Below, piece after piece: positions 1-13,259 of a stretch of DNA of 64,000 nt. Position 1 is the first letter of the stretch. Each line of letters opens with the position of its first letter. Source of the DNA: Bispira polyomma (lineage: Eukaryota); assembly GCA_965649765.1 (NCBI GenBank), contig OZ287754.1, forward strand, positions 7,750,001 to 7,814,000, written 5' to 3'. The notes beneath the pieces were generated by a model. The model was not told the DNA's origin, ran no database searches, and saw only the letters and a program-made list of their open reading frames with translations. Position numbers and translations under genes: made by a program.

Positions 1-342
1 GGGACTAGGCCAAACAAGCATTATAACAGCTAACCAGACAGACATTTGTTATGTAAAATATGAATCTGCCATATGGTGGTCACTTTGAGACAGAAGAATC
101 AATCATAGATTATCAATTAACCCCCTTAAGTAGAAGTCTGTTAGGTCTAATTCCCCCTTTTTATGTGGAGAAAAATTTGTAGTCCCTTAAAGGCATTTTC
201 CTTTAAAATTCAACTAGAAATGCTGCTTTGGTAGAGGTTTTTTTCCTAGTGGCATGTGGAATATGGGCATCAGGGTACATAATGGGCCTACCAACATTTG
301 TCAACAATAAGTCTTAGAGCAGAAGATTAACTGACGCACAAT

Positions 343-609
343 GAGGGACAGAGCGGTTACCAAAAGCTAAAGCCTACAAATCTGACGCAGCAGTTTACTA
401 TATACAACAGGAAATATACGTCAATATTTTGAAATGATGATATTTAATTTTTTAAGTACTTTAAGGTTGGCCATAAGTTATAATATTGTGTACTGCTATT
501 GTATTAACAAATATACAACCATAAAATTAACGGAAAGATGAGATTTGTTTTGTTATAGCTGCGGTGTCATATTTGTTGACTTTTGCTTATGGTAATCGCT
601 CTGTCCCTC
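343..609. mobile_element. MITE with terminal inverted repeats
   Basis: gagggacagagcggttacc at 343 and ggtaatcgctctgtccctc ending at 609 are near-perfect reverse complements; non-coding AT-rich interior. Confidence 0.65.
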
Positions 610-1193
610 GCCATGTGTCCATTAGTAAAAATCAAAGCATTGTCGAGGACAGAAACCTGTAAAATTAAAGTGGAACTCCGAGACAGGAGGGAATTGTGAC
701 TTAATTTCTTTGGAACTGAATATATAATCGAAATAAAGCATAGAACTGAATATATTGGACTTATTATTCACCTCTTAACAATGTCATTTGTATATATATC
801 TGTCATATATACAGTACAATATTAAATATTGTTATCAAAGAATCCAGCAATATTACTCAAAATCTAAGGATATCAAGCAATATAAAACTCAAACTATCAG
901 AATTTTCAGTTCATGATAGGCTTACCTGCTAATCACCTGACTTATTATCCAACACACAAGTAGAGCTTAATCAGATGTACATTCACACACACACTGGTAT
1001 TTTATTATATATGGCCATAATATATATTTTTATCATAGATATGTACAGGGGGGTCAATATACAAGTACACTGTATGCCAGTTTTTTTCAGTCTATTTTTT
1101 TTCTAACAAGGTAAAAAAGAATCGATGATCAGCTTCAGAGAAAAACTAATTCTGTATGGTTTATATATGCCTGCTGCACATGTACTGTGGTCA

Positions 1194-1422
1194 GAGTAAG
1201 AAATCTAAAAATTCGCCGCTGTATCTGAAATTCGCCACCTAGAAAATGTTGTGTTTTTGATAGAATTGTGGGTAATATTTGCTGAAATTGAGGTTTTTGT
1301 GACAATTTTGCCATACCCACCTAAATTCCAGTTATTTTTTGCCAGTTTTTCTTATTGATTTGACTTTAATTTTAGGGGGTGGCGAATTTCAGATACAGTG
1401 GCGAATTTTAGAATATTTACTC
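1194..1422. mobile_element. ~230-bp MITE family A (gagtaaggaatctaaaatt... TIR), copy 1
   Basis: ~45-bp TIR gagtaagaaatctaaaattcgccgctgtatctgaaattcgccacc / ggtggcgaatttcagatacagtggcgaattttagaatatttactc; same family at ~12688, 18195, 20398, 32345, 44921. Confidence 0.8.
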
Positions 1423-1758
1423 CAAATGTACTTAACATATAAAAAAAACAAATCAAAACAAATTCATGCACAAACACAATAAGTTTTTTTATCAGTTAAG
1501 TACATGATGAAAATCTCTATAATTTGTATGTTGGCTAACGCTTTTAAGTTTAACTCCAAGTCCCATTTGCTTGGTCCCTAGATCTAGCTAGGCTTGTTTT
1601 ATGTTACACGTTTTATGCTTTATTGTATGTCTATGTCAGTGTGTAATAAACAACAACTTGCATTTATTCATTTTGTTTCATTTCTTATTACACATAATTC
1701 TTAGTACAAATATGTGATCGTGACATATGATATTATTGTCTGCTCAATATACTTTGAT

Positions 1759-1883
1759 GCGTAATGACTGGACCATAATTTCAGTCATTACGCTTAATGA
1801 CTGGTAGTTTCAGTCATTTCGCAAAATGACTGAAAGTTTTAGTCCTTACGCATAATGACTGATTTCACAGATTGACTGTAACA
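1759..1883. repeat. Array of alternating aatgactg/cagtcatt inverted motifs ending in tgtaaca; probable end of a non-autonomous DNA transposon
   Basis: about seven copies of (gcg)taatgactg or its reverse complement in ~125 bp; TGTAACA terminus. Confidence 0.5.
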
Positions 1884-2000
1884 TATACATGTAGTATAAA
1901 TAATTATTTCCAATGTATAAAGTTGCTGTATAGGTCTAACCATATATATAAGCTGTTTCGGGTTTTTTCTTGTTTCTTTTCTATGTTAAAATGATTGTGC

Positions 2001-2098
2001 TGATTGTACGAATACTGAATAAATAAATTAAAAAAATTATATAATTGTGTTGATTGTACTAATACTGAATAAATAAATTAATAAAATTATATAATTGT
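2001..2098 (+). repeat. Tandem duplication, ~50-bp unit
   Basis: tgattgtac(g/t)aatactgaataaataaatta(a/t)aaaattatataattgt occurs twice. Confidence 0.8.
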
Positions 2099-3069
2099 CT
2101 TAACAGCTAATAGATCCTACTTGCCACATTTATAATTTTTTAATTTAATCCTGCCAAGGTTGTTTTGGGATATAGCACATAGTCAATGTATTTTTTATCA
2201 TCTGTATATTAATTTAAAGTGGAATAAAAGCTACAAATCAGATCAACATTGAATTTACATGCACAATTAACACATTACAGTGTCAAATATTTACAGCTTC
2301 GGTACAGATGTTCAAATCACATTTTAAGATTAAAAACACTGGTGTTGAAACAACATCAGTATTTGCTCTTTTTGAAAAGTGTCATCTTTTCAACCAAGCC
2401 TTTCCAAAATAAGCCCTCCCTTTTTCCCTTGGCTGAATACTAAATTTTTTTGTTGATAACTTTGGCAAAGCGGGAATTCCAAGAAAAATGCATTCAGATG
2501 TGCGAGTTTGTTGAAGTGATTTAGTTGAAAATGAATTTCATTTTTTATGTATTTGTATAGTTTAGAATTCTTTACGAGAACAAATGTATTGCAATATAGC
2601 ATCACACTTTGAAGGTTTTTCATCCATGGACACCACAGAGAAATTTATATAACAAAAATTGTCAAACAGATTTATCAAAGTATCTTGTACGAGCTTGGGA
2701 GAAGATGAGGAAGATTAAGAAGATTTTATTTAAATAGTTGTTTAATTGTTGATTCAAAATTGGTTACATACATGTAAAACAAAGTATTTATAAATTTAAA
2801 ATACGACCTGTGAATAATGTAGATGTGTTTAAAGTGTATGGGCAGCGCCTGATAAAATCAACCCCTTAGTTTGACCGGGTAGATTGTTTTCCAGCCAATC
2901 CATGAAGGGGCCTTACATAATATTTTCAAAATGGACGTGCTTTCCAACATGGCCGTGCCCTTTATAGAATGAAAACAATAGCAGGCTGTGCCTGATAAAA
3001 AATAACTAAGTGAGCTCTCAATGGTTATACAATACTTTCTGTAGGGCCCCTCAGATTTGTTAACTTTTG

Positions 3070-3286
3070 GTCATGGTATCGCTCTGTCTAGGCTTGCAGA
3101 TGACCCCAATTATCAACCTCTCTAAAGTGTGTTAGCCTGCCACTGGGGATAGGACCCAATGGCAAAGGACCGTCATTTAAGGTGGTCTTCCAAATCACTA
3201 TATGTATCTGCCTGTACCTGGTCACCTCAGGCTGGGATCAAACCCAGGTCCTCAAGAGAGTGTGTTAGCCACTGGACCGCAGTGGC
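3070..3286 (-). mobile_element. tRNA-derived SINE (degenerate)
   Basis: minus strand begins gccactgcggtccagtggctaacac (A-box-like) then gggtttgatcccagcc (B-box-like); 3' boundary approximate. Confidence 0.5.
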
Positions 3287-4060
3287 AGATGCACATATTA
3301 ATTCAATCTGTTTCAATGATTTGTTGGGCTTTATTTGACTTTTAAATAGAAGGGAAGTAAATAGAAAATTTATAAAAAGTGTTTCAGTCTATTTGTGAAA
3401 TAATAATACATCAAATCTGACCAGTTTTGCACTGAATGAACAGCATGAAATATATATCTACAAATTACTTTAGAGTTGGTTTTACTTCTTCAGATCTAGA
3501 ACATAGTATCTGGTTATAGGCCTCGGTTAAATATGTTTACCGTATGTACTGATTCTTTTGTAGCTTTTTAGACACAGATTGTCAGTTCAGTTTAACTATT
3601 ATAAGTGTAATATAAGTGAACAGTTACTTGTAAGAAAAACTTTTCTTGGAGACAAGCCATATATTCTGTTGAAAGCCATGGAAAGTCCCCAAGTTTTTAA
3701 AATGAGGAAATAAATAAACAATTTGGTGTGTGTGTGTGTGTGTGTGTGTGATATTATTTCATGTGAGAGCAACTTTGTTGGAAAGTTTTTGTCCCAAACT
3801 TTTTTTTATAATATTCCCCAAAACATCATGTTAAGCATCAAACGTTTGGTAAAAAAGCCTAAGTACAAGGAGTGTACTGTATAATACAATTATTAAGTGC
3901 ATAAACCATGTGATACACACACAAAATGAGGCTATTACAGTAGAACCGTTATTACCTGAGCTCCCATGCTTTGGTGACAAAATATGCTAAAACAAATTCT
4001 TGTTCTTCATACCTACTTGTATAGTTTGAGGTCATGTTTAAACCAATGTTTATTACACAT

Positions 4061-4238
4061 ATAGTAAAACCCCTTTAAGTAGAACTCTGTTAAGTAATTT
4101 TCCCTGTTATGTGGAGTCAAATTTGAAGTCCCACGAAGGCCTTTTCCTTTCAAATTTACCCTGTTAGGTCGAAATCCTGCTTAAGTAGAGGTATTATTCC
4201 TAGTCCCTTGAGGTTCGACTTAAAGGGGTTTAACTGTA
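4061..4238. mobile_element. Tc1/mariner-pogo-type MITE (cagt...actg termini, TA flanks), family B
   Basis: tagtaaaacccctttaagtagaac ... gttcgacttaaaggggtttaactgta inverted ends; relatives at ~121-250 and ~12133-12303. Confidence 0.65.
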
Positions 4239-4879
4239 CTGTCAAAAGATAAAAGTTTAATAAAGAGGTTTCACATTAACCTACTTAAAGAACTTGCAAA
4301 GAATTGCCATATATGGGGGACCTTTTTGTCTATAGTATACTGTGGTGTGTGTTTTAGTGACTCCAGCTATTTGTATTAACACATTACCCGATCAATTCCT
4401 TCAGTTCCTGGCGATACTTTTCTCTAGGGGGGCTAAAAGGGTTGGGATATGTGTGTGTATATATATATTAGCACAATTGCAAACCTTAACAATAAACACT
4501 GGAGGAGAAAGGGGGCTCTAGAGAGAAGAGGGGTCAATAATTACGGGTGCATAAAGAAGTCCCCACTAGAAGTCCCACAAGGAGAAGTCCCTATCATCCT
4601 AATTGAGAGGAAGAAGTCCCTATCAATTTTGATTTTTTTGGAATTTTATTTAAAGAACAATTATTAGCAAAAGACAATGAATATACATTAATACTTATTA
4701 ATATTTTTTTCTCACACAATTAACACAGTGAATGTGCATTAAAGAAGAGTCCTTGAAAGTTTCAATTAAAAAATTATTACCTAAAAAAGTAACTTAAGCC
4801 AGTGTAACTTTTAACAGTGCCAAGTAAATATGTAAAGTAAGCCTACGTTTCCTTTCAGCACATTCCGACGTCGGCAGAT

Positions 4880-5314
4880 TTAAAGGTGTCCGATCCGATC
4901 CAACGTTGTGCTTCTTTGCATATATACTTTGATATATACTCAAGATTAGTCGGATATTGCTTTTAAAAATGGCAGGAGAAAGCCTATTTTATTGTGATTA
5001 CTGTGCTTCTTTTCCTACCAAAAGCCGTTGAGAAACAGCTTATTTATTTACAGTTAAATAAGGGTAACAATATTTACTTCCTTGTTTGTAAGTTGTGACG
5101 TAGCAGCAAAACTGACGTCACTATGACGTTGCTATGACGTACCATTCACAGTAGAAGCGAAAGTTAAATGGGGGACCCGTCTCATCTGCATCTATAAACT
5201 TAAATATCTGAGCCGTTTCTTAACAGATTTTGGTGAAAAAAAAGCACAGTAAGTACAATAAAATAAGTTTTCTCATACTTTTTTTCAAAGTCAAAATCTG
5301 ACGAATATTAAGTA
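4880..5314. mobile_element. Foldback non-autonomous DNA element (ttaaagg start, Kolobok-like), interrupted by a MITE at 5315
   Basis: gagaaagcctattttattgtgattactgtgct (~4976) is mirrored by agcacagtaagtacaataaaataagttttctc (~5243); central tgacgt(c/t/a) repeats; gatccgat at ~4892 mirrored by atcggatc at ~5932. Confidence 0.5.
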
Positions 5315-5315
5315 T

Positions 5316-5928
5316 ACAGCGGGGGGGGGGGGGGGGCAGCAATTCGTGGTGGACAGCATTTCGCCATAAATATGGTTATTACACCCAATCACTGTATGAA
5401 ATTAATTTTAAAGGAATTATTTTCGCATTATAATATCCATATAACCTACATATTCCTACACCACAAATATATAAAATATTGTCTGCCTAAAGTACCAACA
5501 CAGCTAAATAAACAGTGGTACTGCCCAAAATTTGAGGTTGATTATTAGACGGTACTAATGATTGGCTATTGGGCTGTATTGCGGTTTCTTTTCTGTTTCT
5601 CATATTATCTATCGTTCACATAAACTATTTTATAACATAATATATTATTGTTAATAAAACTTATTGGTAATATTTTAATCTAAATATTTACTATTGTTTG
5701 AAAATGGCGAAATGCTGTCCACTTTTTAATCAATATTACACAGTGACTTTGCTTTCTAACTTGTGGTTAAAATTCATCAGGAGTACCTTTATGTATCTGG
5801 ATACGAGTCAGATTTGTATGCAATGGAATGACCTCTACAAATTACCAGTGAATTGCCTTAACATTGTTTCTTTTTGCTCATATTTGTCAAATTTCCGTAA
5901 ATTTCGAACGAGTCGCTGTCCCCCCCTG
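5316..5928. mobile_element. MITE with cag(G)n termini at a TA site
   Basis: tacagcggg...gggcagcaattcgt versus acgagtcgctgtccccccctgta; TA on both sides. Confidence 0.6.
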
Positions 5929-6586
5929 TATATCGGATCAGTTCCCCGTGGTTGAGGGAAAGTTGGTTCTATAAGAAACCAAAGACTAAACTTGCCTTAT
6001 TCAACACAGTAAAAGAATTGCGGATATATTTTATTAGTATCTAGCATTGTTACATCTACAAGTATTATATACAGTTTATGACTCTAAGGTAGGGGCATAA
6101 GGTCAACTTAAACTCAGCAGTATAACTGAGGTGAACATAAGGTCACCTTAAATTAAGAGAAAGGTACGGTTGACTTAAGGTCACCTTAAAAGCAGAAATT
6201 CAGAGGGCCTAAAGGTGGCCCTAAATTAATTTTAAGAATAGCAACCTGTGTCTGCAAGGTATGATGATTAAGGGCACCATTAAGTGACCCTAACTTTACT
6301 TTTAGATTTTATTAAAGCATACCTTGAGTTTGAGTTAGTCTGGAAGTTGAGGGTACCAAATGGTAGCCCTAACTTGAGTTTACTGCTGATTTACAGCGTA
6401 CTATAAAGGTTGCAAATTGATTTGAAATAAGATATGTAAGAGTACATAATGTACTGAGATATATGTTGACCTTATGACCCAGGACAGTGGGAATTGTGAA
6501 CTGTCCAGTATGCATTTGTTATACATTAACATTTATATATTTATTTGACAGGTGAGCCATAGATGCCAGACCACCAAACACCAGAG

Positions 6587-7560
6587 TTACCTAGAAGTAA
6601 GTTGGAGAGCAGATCTGAAGGAGTCAGCAACCTGAAAACCAGTCTTTGCAGAATCTGTTATATACCTCCACACGCAGTCCGACGTCCAGGTGCCATGACG
6701 CTGGATGTCCTGGATACTGACATTATTGTTAAACGCGAAAGTGGCACCTGAACGCCGGAAGGCATGAAAAGTGAGATTTAGATGAGCACAGCCCAGGAGT
6801 TGTAGAACGTTCTTCAGATGGCGCCGTACCCTGGTGTCAGTCAGGGGAATCCAAGAACCACCTAGCCTGTATTGAAAAAGGGGAGCATTAGGGCCAGAGG
6901 GGGTGAAGGCTAAAGCATTCTTCAAAGCAGCAACCGGGCACAGATTAGAATTTCACAGTACAGGAATATTTAATAATTTAATCTGATTATTCGTCTGCAT
7001 GGTCTTTGACCATTTAATCAATAAGGTAATGTAGCCAGGTTTGAAAAGCACATCCCCTCTGGCCAAGTGCTTGAGGGGAGAAAAAGTCGCCACAGAGTGG
7101 GGACACAAATTTGACAGCCTCAGAAAACTAAAAAAGCTGGTGAGGTAAACGGCCTTAAAAATTTGGCCCATATAAGTGCTATCACACTTAGCCACTAGGG
7201 CAGTTAACAAGGGGATATCAAATACAGCCTTTAACTTTGCTTGCAGGGGTCTATTGACAGCAAGAGCCTTACTAAAGTAGCCTATACGGGGATCTGAAAA
7301 ACAGCCCACATCTATATAAAAGAGAATGCACTTAGCCTTAACAGCCGAGAGGTGATTAGCGATTTGAGAAGCTGACTTGTGATTAAAGCATAAAAATTCT
7401 AGAAAAGATAGAATACCAAACACATTCACCTGATCAACGGGCCATTGCATGAAGATCCAAAGGCCAAAAACAGCTTAAACATACTGTCGTAGGCTCTGGC
7501 TGTAGACTCCGCGAAGGCAAAGAGCAGTCTTTTACAGGCTCAGCTTCTAAGCAAAGCATC
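6587..7560 (-). pseudogene. Tyrosine recombinase of YR-1 (frameshifted)
   Basis: FLRLSNL (R), KWSKT (K), HAFRRSGA (HxxR), HGTW, VWRYI (catalytic Y) across ORFs 6953-7450 and 6587-6925. Confidence 0.92.
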
Positions 7561-7610
7561 CAATGGGTGAATGTCTGAAACATAAGGTACTGTATAGACA
7601 AAGCACAGGG

Positions 7611-9330
7611 TTATATTGTCTGGTCAATTTCCAGTAAAGTGACATCAGTCTCCAGCCAATTAACTGGGCCAGCCCATTGAGCCAGTAAGTACTCATTATT
7701 AGACGTTTTGTCCCAACGGGAGAGAAGGTCTGCAATTCTGTTCTTTATACCTAGTATATGGACCACTCTGATATCTATATCAAATTTACTAGCCCAAATA
7801 AAGATATTTCGACTATAGGCAGCAAGCAAAGGATCTGTTTTCTAGAATACTCACTACAGCTTGATTATCACATTTAAAAAGGATTCTACGCCCCTTCCAG
7901 ACCCTGGACCATAGTTTCAATACTACTAGTATGTTAATCATTTCCAGGGAGGCAATGTTGTCAGTGATCATAGACTCGGGTACTTGTAACTTATAAACTT
8001 CGTTCCCACAAATCCCCCCCATGCCAGTTAAGCAAGAATCTAACTCGACTTGTGCATGGGTGGCTTTATGTGCAAAAAAGGAAACCCCATTAAACTGTTG
8101 CATAAAGGTTCTTGACCAGTTTAGGTCACGCCTAAAGTCCTCAGTTACACGAAATCTGATCTTGCTGTGGTTATCCCTAAGTAACTGCAGCATTCGATTG
8201 AGAAATACTCTAGCATACCTTATGCACTTGGCCACATATAATAAAGACCCTAACAGGGATTGGAGTTCTTTCTTTGTACAATATTGTTTATTCTGCCAGG
8301 TTAGTATGCCAGGTTGCACATTTTTCCCTAATTTCGGTCATTTTCTCAGTCGGAATGGAAGTAGTGAAATTCTCAGTATTTATAAGTATACCTAGACATA
8401 CAACCTGAGTACTAGGGGGCACGAGCTTTTTCTGACTGACTGTCAGCCCTAGCTCCCTCAGAAGAGCCTGCAACCTGATATAGGTATAATTTATTGTACT
8501 TGGAAGCGATATAGTCAAAAAATCATCTATGTAGTTGTGGACTTTGTGTCCTTCCGCCTTCATGATAAATCTGACCGCGTCTGACAAACGCTGGAATATA
8601 GTGCTTCCGTTTTGATACCCAAAGGGGAGACACTTATCGACGTAATATTGCTTCCACTTCAGACCTAGTAAATTGATGTCCCCGGGATCGATAGGCACGT
8701 GCCTAAAGGCCCTACTCACGTCGGCTTTAAATATGTGGCAACCATTACCCAAGCTGGTGACCTCCTTAGTGAGGTCATCAATAGACAGATAGGACAATAT
8801 ACATTCTGTTTCGCGATAGGAATTTGGAGATGCACCTGCATTTACTGAATGGCCCTGTGGCCAACTCAGATCCAGTGTAACTCTCCTGTTAACAGAACTG
8901 GATTTCTCTCGTGTCATCATAGGTGAGCAACGTAATTGTTTAAGAAGGGGTTCTTTAAAAGGGCCTAATATCGCCCCAAATTTACACTCTTCCTCAAGAT
9001 AAGCTTCTATATGCCCTGGAAAACTTTCAGCCGAATTATGATTGGGATTTTCGGTTTGACTAATTTCGTCTCTACACACATCCAAAGGGAAGCCATATTT
9101 CACCAGCAATGGCAATTTCCAGTCCCAGTAGTCAGTAAGATAGCCTTTCCATTTGTCAACATTTAATTGGGATTTTACCGCCAGTTGTAAGCCCTTATAG
9201 GTATGTATCCCATCCCCCCGCAGTTTAGAATGCATTTCAAAGACATCGAGACCATGATTTTTTGAGCCATTATCCAGAATTCTGCATCCCAGAGTTGTGA
9301 GAGGGGTAAACCCATAACTTACATTGTTCT
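7611..9330 (-). pseudogene. RT-RNase H (pol) of YR-1 (frameshifted)
   Basis: RRVTLDLSWP, KADVSRAFR, LPFG, YIDD; RNase H ELDSC, LEMINI, CDNQAV, HILGIKNRIADLLSR; no Dam-methyltransferase domain follows. Confidence 0.92.
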
Positions 9331-10080
9331 GCTCTTTCCATTTTTATTATGAGTTTTATTAGACAAGGCCTTGGCCAGCAAATCTTGTTTATTACGTTTC
9401 TGCTTGAGCTCTAACGCATATTTATCAGAGGAGGCAACTAAATCACCCAAATTTGTTTCCTTATGGGTCTTTATGCAAGGAACCTTGCCTTGACATTTGC
9501 CATTGACATCACTGGTTTTGTTAACTATTGGTTGTTGAGGACCCTTATAGGTTTCCATACTTGCACTTCCACTACCCTTGACCTCCCCATTGCTGCCCAG
9601 GGCAACATTGGTTTGGCTGAGGGGGTGAAATCTATTATACCACACAGAAGTGCGACACATGTTAATTTTGTTCGAATTTACAATGGTAACCCTTTGGTCC
9701 AACTCACAGCTGTTGCTTTTATGTCACGTGGAAGGAACAAAGGGGAACTTATTGACACTATTTACACTTGGTTTTTTGTGAATGCGTGGGAGGACCTGCC
9801 AGTGCACTTTCTTTACACAGGTCCGAATTTCCCCCACACATTCACTCACCTTGTCATAATCACATGTATTTACAGTTTTTCCATCACCATATTTGCTTTT
9901 ATTTACCTTTTTCCAATGCTTCACTGTAAGAATAACATGGCCGTGTACCTTTACTGTATGCAAGCATTTTAGCTGTCGCAGCTGTATCGAACAAGTGACA
10001 ATCACTGAATTTTGACTTATAAAAAGTTCGTGAATAGACATTAATTTCTTGATTTGCCACTGCCAAAGTGCAGTGGCTAC

Positions 10081-11138
10081 TCAGTTTTTTGCATTGTTCT
10101 TGCTATAGGTGTTGGTCTTGTGTGTTCCCCCACAAGCTTCACACACGTGTTTAAAATCGGTATTACCTGTTTTGTGGCTGTTGGGGAATTTGCATGAGCC
10201 ATCTTGGTAAAATTTACAATTGGCAGTTGATGGCTTACCTTGGGCATTACTCTTGTTTGAACCACGACTGACACTGACCGAGCTGTTGCTAACAATATCC
10301 CGCTGGGCATGCGCTCTGCGAAATCTGTCTAACTTATCAACGTCCGACCAGTTAAGCTTGTCCATCTCCATATGAGTAAGGACAACGGCATGACACGCTT
10401 TTGCGGCTTCCCAAGAGAAGTCCTCCGCATCCTCCATCAAATTTGCCATATAATCAAGCATTATTTCACGGTTTTATTCGATTTTTCTTCATGAATTATA
10501 CGGGTAAACCCACATACCCACTGGTTTAAAGATAGGTCGTCGTATGTGGGTCTGGACTTAAAGTTGCCTGTCAAAACATGATTCTGCGGCCACTCGACAA
10601 CGCGTTCGACTAGCACATCAACGCCCCCCCCCCTTTGAGATTCCAATTTACCTGGCTTCACATTTTCATTCAACTGTTTAAGCTCAGCTAGTCTTACTTC
10701 TACTTGATTCTGAATCTGGGTGTTTTTCCGTAAAAAATCAATCCCTGGAATTATATTATCAGAGGGCAACGTTTCGGCACTGACATTGTTCACAGAACTA
10801 CTAGCGACGCCAGGATTTACAATGTTATTGGACACACTAGAATTTGAAATACTACTCGCCTGATTTTTGTCTGCTGTCAAAGCCGCTTCCGTCTGTTGGA
10901 CTCGTTGATCCATCCGCTCCATCATTTGTGCCATAGATTGTAATTGCAACAATATTTGATTAGACACTATGTTAGATTCCAAACCTGTGGTCATTGATGG
11001 AGCAGATGAATCCTCAGACAAGACAGCATTGGCAGAGACATCAGACACGATTTCATTAGTACAAGCTGACCCAACTGGCCTCTCATGCTTCCCTAAGCAT
11101 TTGGAACAATTAAAAACTGCCGGCATTGTAAAATACAA
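10081..11138 (-). pseudogene. Gag-like ORF1 of YR-1 (one frameshift at ~10461)
   Basis: homologous to 30803-31894 (WPQ..., PTYDDL..QWV.GF, LMEDA..SW..AK..HA); N-terminal CxxC-H-C motif and C-terminal CKFYQDGSC...H...HVCEAC...H zinc knuckle. Confidence 0.8.
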
Positions 11139-12687
11139 TGAATAAAATCAACTAAAAACACTAAAACCAGTCAAATAATCAGACATAAACATCGAATTTC
11201 CAAGATGTCCGTCTAAAAGTGGCTTGTACTGTGAACTCTATTGTTATAATGGCGGGTAATTTGAAGACGGTCGCTTTATATACTACCGCAATCAATGAAG
11301 CGTGGAGAGGAAGACTGGTACCCCAAGAACTGAGATCGCCAGCGCTGGGGCTCTGCCTTACAAAAAACTATACCTATATCACAGTGTATGAAGGTTCCGA
11401 TGCTGGCCGAGAAAAACATGCTGAAAAGAAGAGTAGGCTAAGGGACCCTTGAACTTGTAGATCTCAAGCACACATAACAACTGCAATCATTGAAATTATC
11501 TACTCAGTCTATTTAAAACATTTGTGGGTTAATATTTTAACTTGCAATTCCATATAGTTAATCAAAGTACTCTTCTCCGTCTCTTCTCTTTTTTTCTATT
11601 TTGTATATTATTTTGAAAACAAAGAAATTTTTTTTAAATAATAACATAAATGAAGCATCCCCCCCCCCCCTCACACACACACGCACACACTTGAGCTAAT
11701 GGGGACATCTGGTGTAGAACTTACTGATGAGGACTTCTCCTGGTGGGGATTTATCAGGAAGTCTCCATAATGACAGTATTCTAAATGCCACACAAGAGAG
11801 AAATCCCCACTTGTAACCAATGGCTCAATATATCATGTCCATGTCAGTTGCATTTGTCATTCTTGTTGAGATTAATTTCACTTGCAAATTCGAATTACTT
11901 AATTGGTTCTGGAGCAGAGGAGGCATTTTCTCTCCTTAATTTGGGGACACAGCTAAAGAAATAGCTGCAATGCATAATTAATGGCATGAGAATATTATTA
12001 CATTAATAGCATTGTGACTCCAATATTCATTCAGTCATATTCATATCCAGCTACAATTATACCCCATACAAGAAACTATAGAAATGTAGTGCATTTCTCA
12101 CTTTCGCAAATTTTTGGAAGCTTGCCTTGTAATACAGTGGAACCCTGTTAAGTTGAATCTGAAGGAACCATAAACATTTGTTTTACTTAACAGAAATTCT
12201 AATTAACAGGGTGAATTTTAATTAGAAATATAGCAATGGAACCTTAAAATAACTTCAACTTAACAGGTAATTCCACTTATGAGAGTTCTACTTAAAGGCT
12301 GTATTGAACAAAACTATAACAGGTATAAAACATATTTAAAATTTGTATTTCTGAACAAAAATAAGTTGAAATATTTCTAACATGGCAATTTTATAAACTA
12401 CACAGTGAAATGTACCACAGATCACAGCAGGTAAAGTCAAATTACATAGGTACTATATGTGAAAGGAATTGTCCTTTCAAAAATAAAGGCTATTAATGTT
12501 AATTACAGGTAGTTTTATATATATGGTATACAAATATATATATATATTATGTTCAATTTTTAACAGTAAATTAAAACATGGTACATTGAAAAAAGAAGAT
12601 ATCTATATACATGAATAGCAAAATGGAAACTCAAACTGGATTATCAGACTTTATTATTATAGTGTAATCATCCAATATATGTTGATA

Positions 12688-12910
12688 GAGTAAGGAATCT
12701 AAAATTTGCCACTGTATCTAAAATTTGCCACCCACAAAAATGTGTTTTGGGGGAAAATTGTGGGTATTATTTGCTAAAATGGAAATATTTGTGTCTGTTG
12801 CCTTATTTACCAAAATTGCAGTTATTTTTCGCCAGTTTTGATTGATTTGGCTTTAATATAAGGAGGTGGCAAATTTTATATACAGTTGTAAATTTTAGAT
12901 TTCTTATTCT
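12688..12910. mobile_element. MITE family A copy
   Basis: gagtaaggaatctaaaatttgccactgtatc ... gtaaattttagatttcttattc. Confidence 0.75.
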
Positions 12911-13039
12911 AACAATCAAATGCTTTACTACAACAACCACCATTATCACTTGTTCCACAAACATTGAGTTTTACAACATTTACCAGTTTTGTTTTTTAAT
13001 TATATTAATCCAGAAAAAAGTCTGTTTTCAGGAGTCTCC

Positions 13040-13259
13040 ATATTCGCGAAAAATTCCAAGCTCAACTGAGACTGCTTAGGGTGAAGTTAAGTAAAATCAG
13101 ACTTGCATATTTGAGTTCAGGACTGAAAGCTCTATTAGAACGAATATTTAGAATCATTAGTATTATAATGCTTATTCTATATACAAGGATTTCCACATAT
13201 AGTCTTCATTTCAGTTGAGTCTGAGTTTAAGCTTCAGTTAATTTCGAGAATCTGGTCCC
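13040..13259. mobile_element. MITE downstream of GS copy 1; paralogous copy at ~22050-22260
   Basis: ttcgcgaaa...ctcaactgagact mirrored by agttgagtctgag...tttcgagaatctggtcc. Confidence 0.5.

Larger units (their letters stand above)
5938..11450 (-). mobile_element. Tyrosine-recombinase retrotransposon (Ngaro/DIRS order), element YR-1, degenerate
   Basis: minus-strand order gag-like, RT (YIDD), RNase H, tyrosine recombinase; several frameshifts; boundaries approximate because no empty site lies in the window. Confidence 0.9.

Noticed and set aside
1-5900. Short ORFs of 60-85 aa in AT-rich DNA
   Set aside because: No motifs or splice support; several overlap MITEs; expected by chance
10455-10465. 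Programmed stop-restart (TAATG) in YR-1 gag
   Set aside because: The homologous region in YR-2 is one continuous ORF, so this is probably a 1-nt disabling indel
11724-11765. Second hammerhead (ctgatgagg...)
   Set aside because: No stem II followed by GAAA and no stem III/NUH
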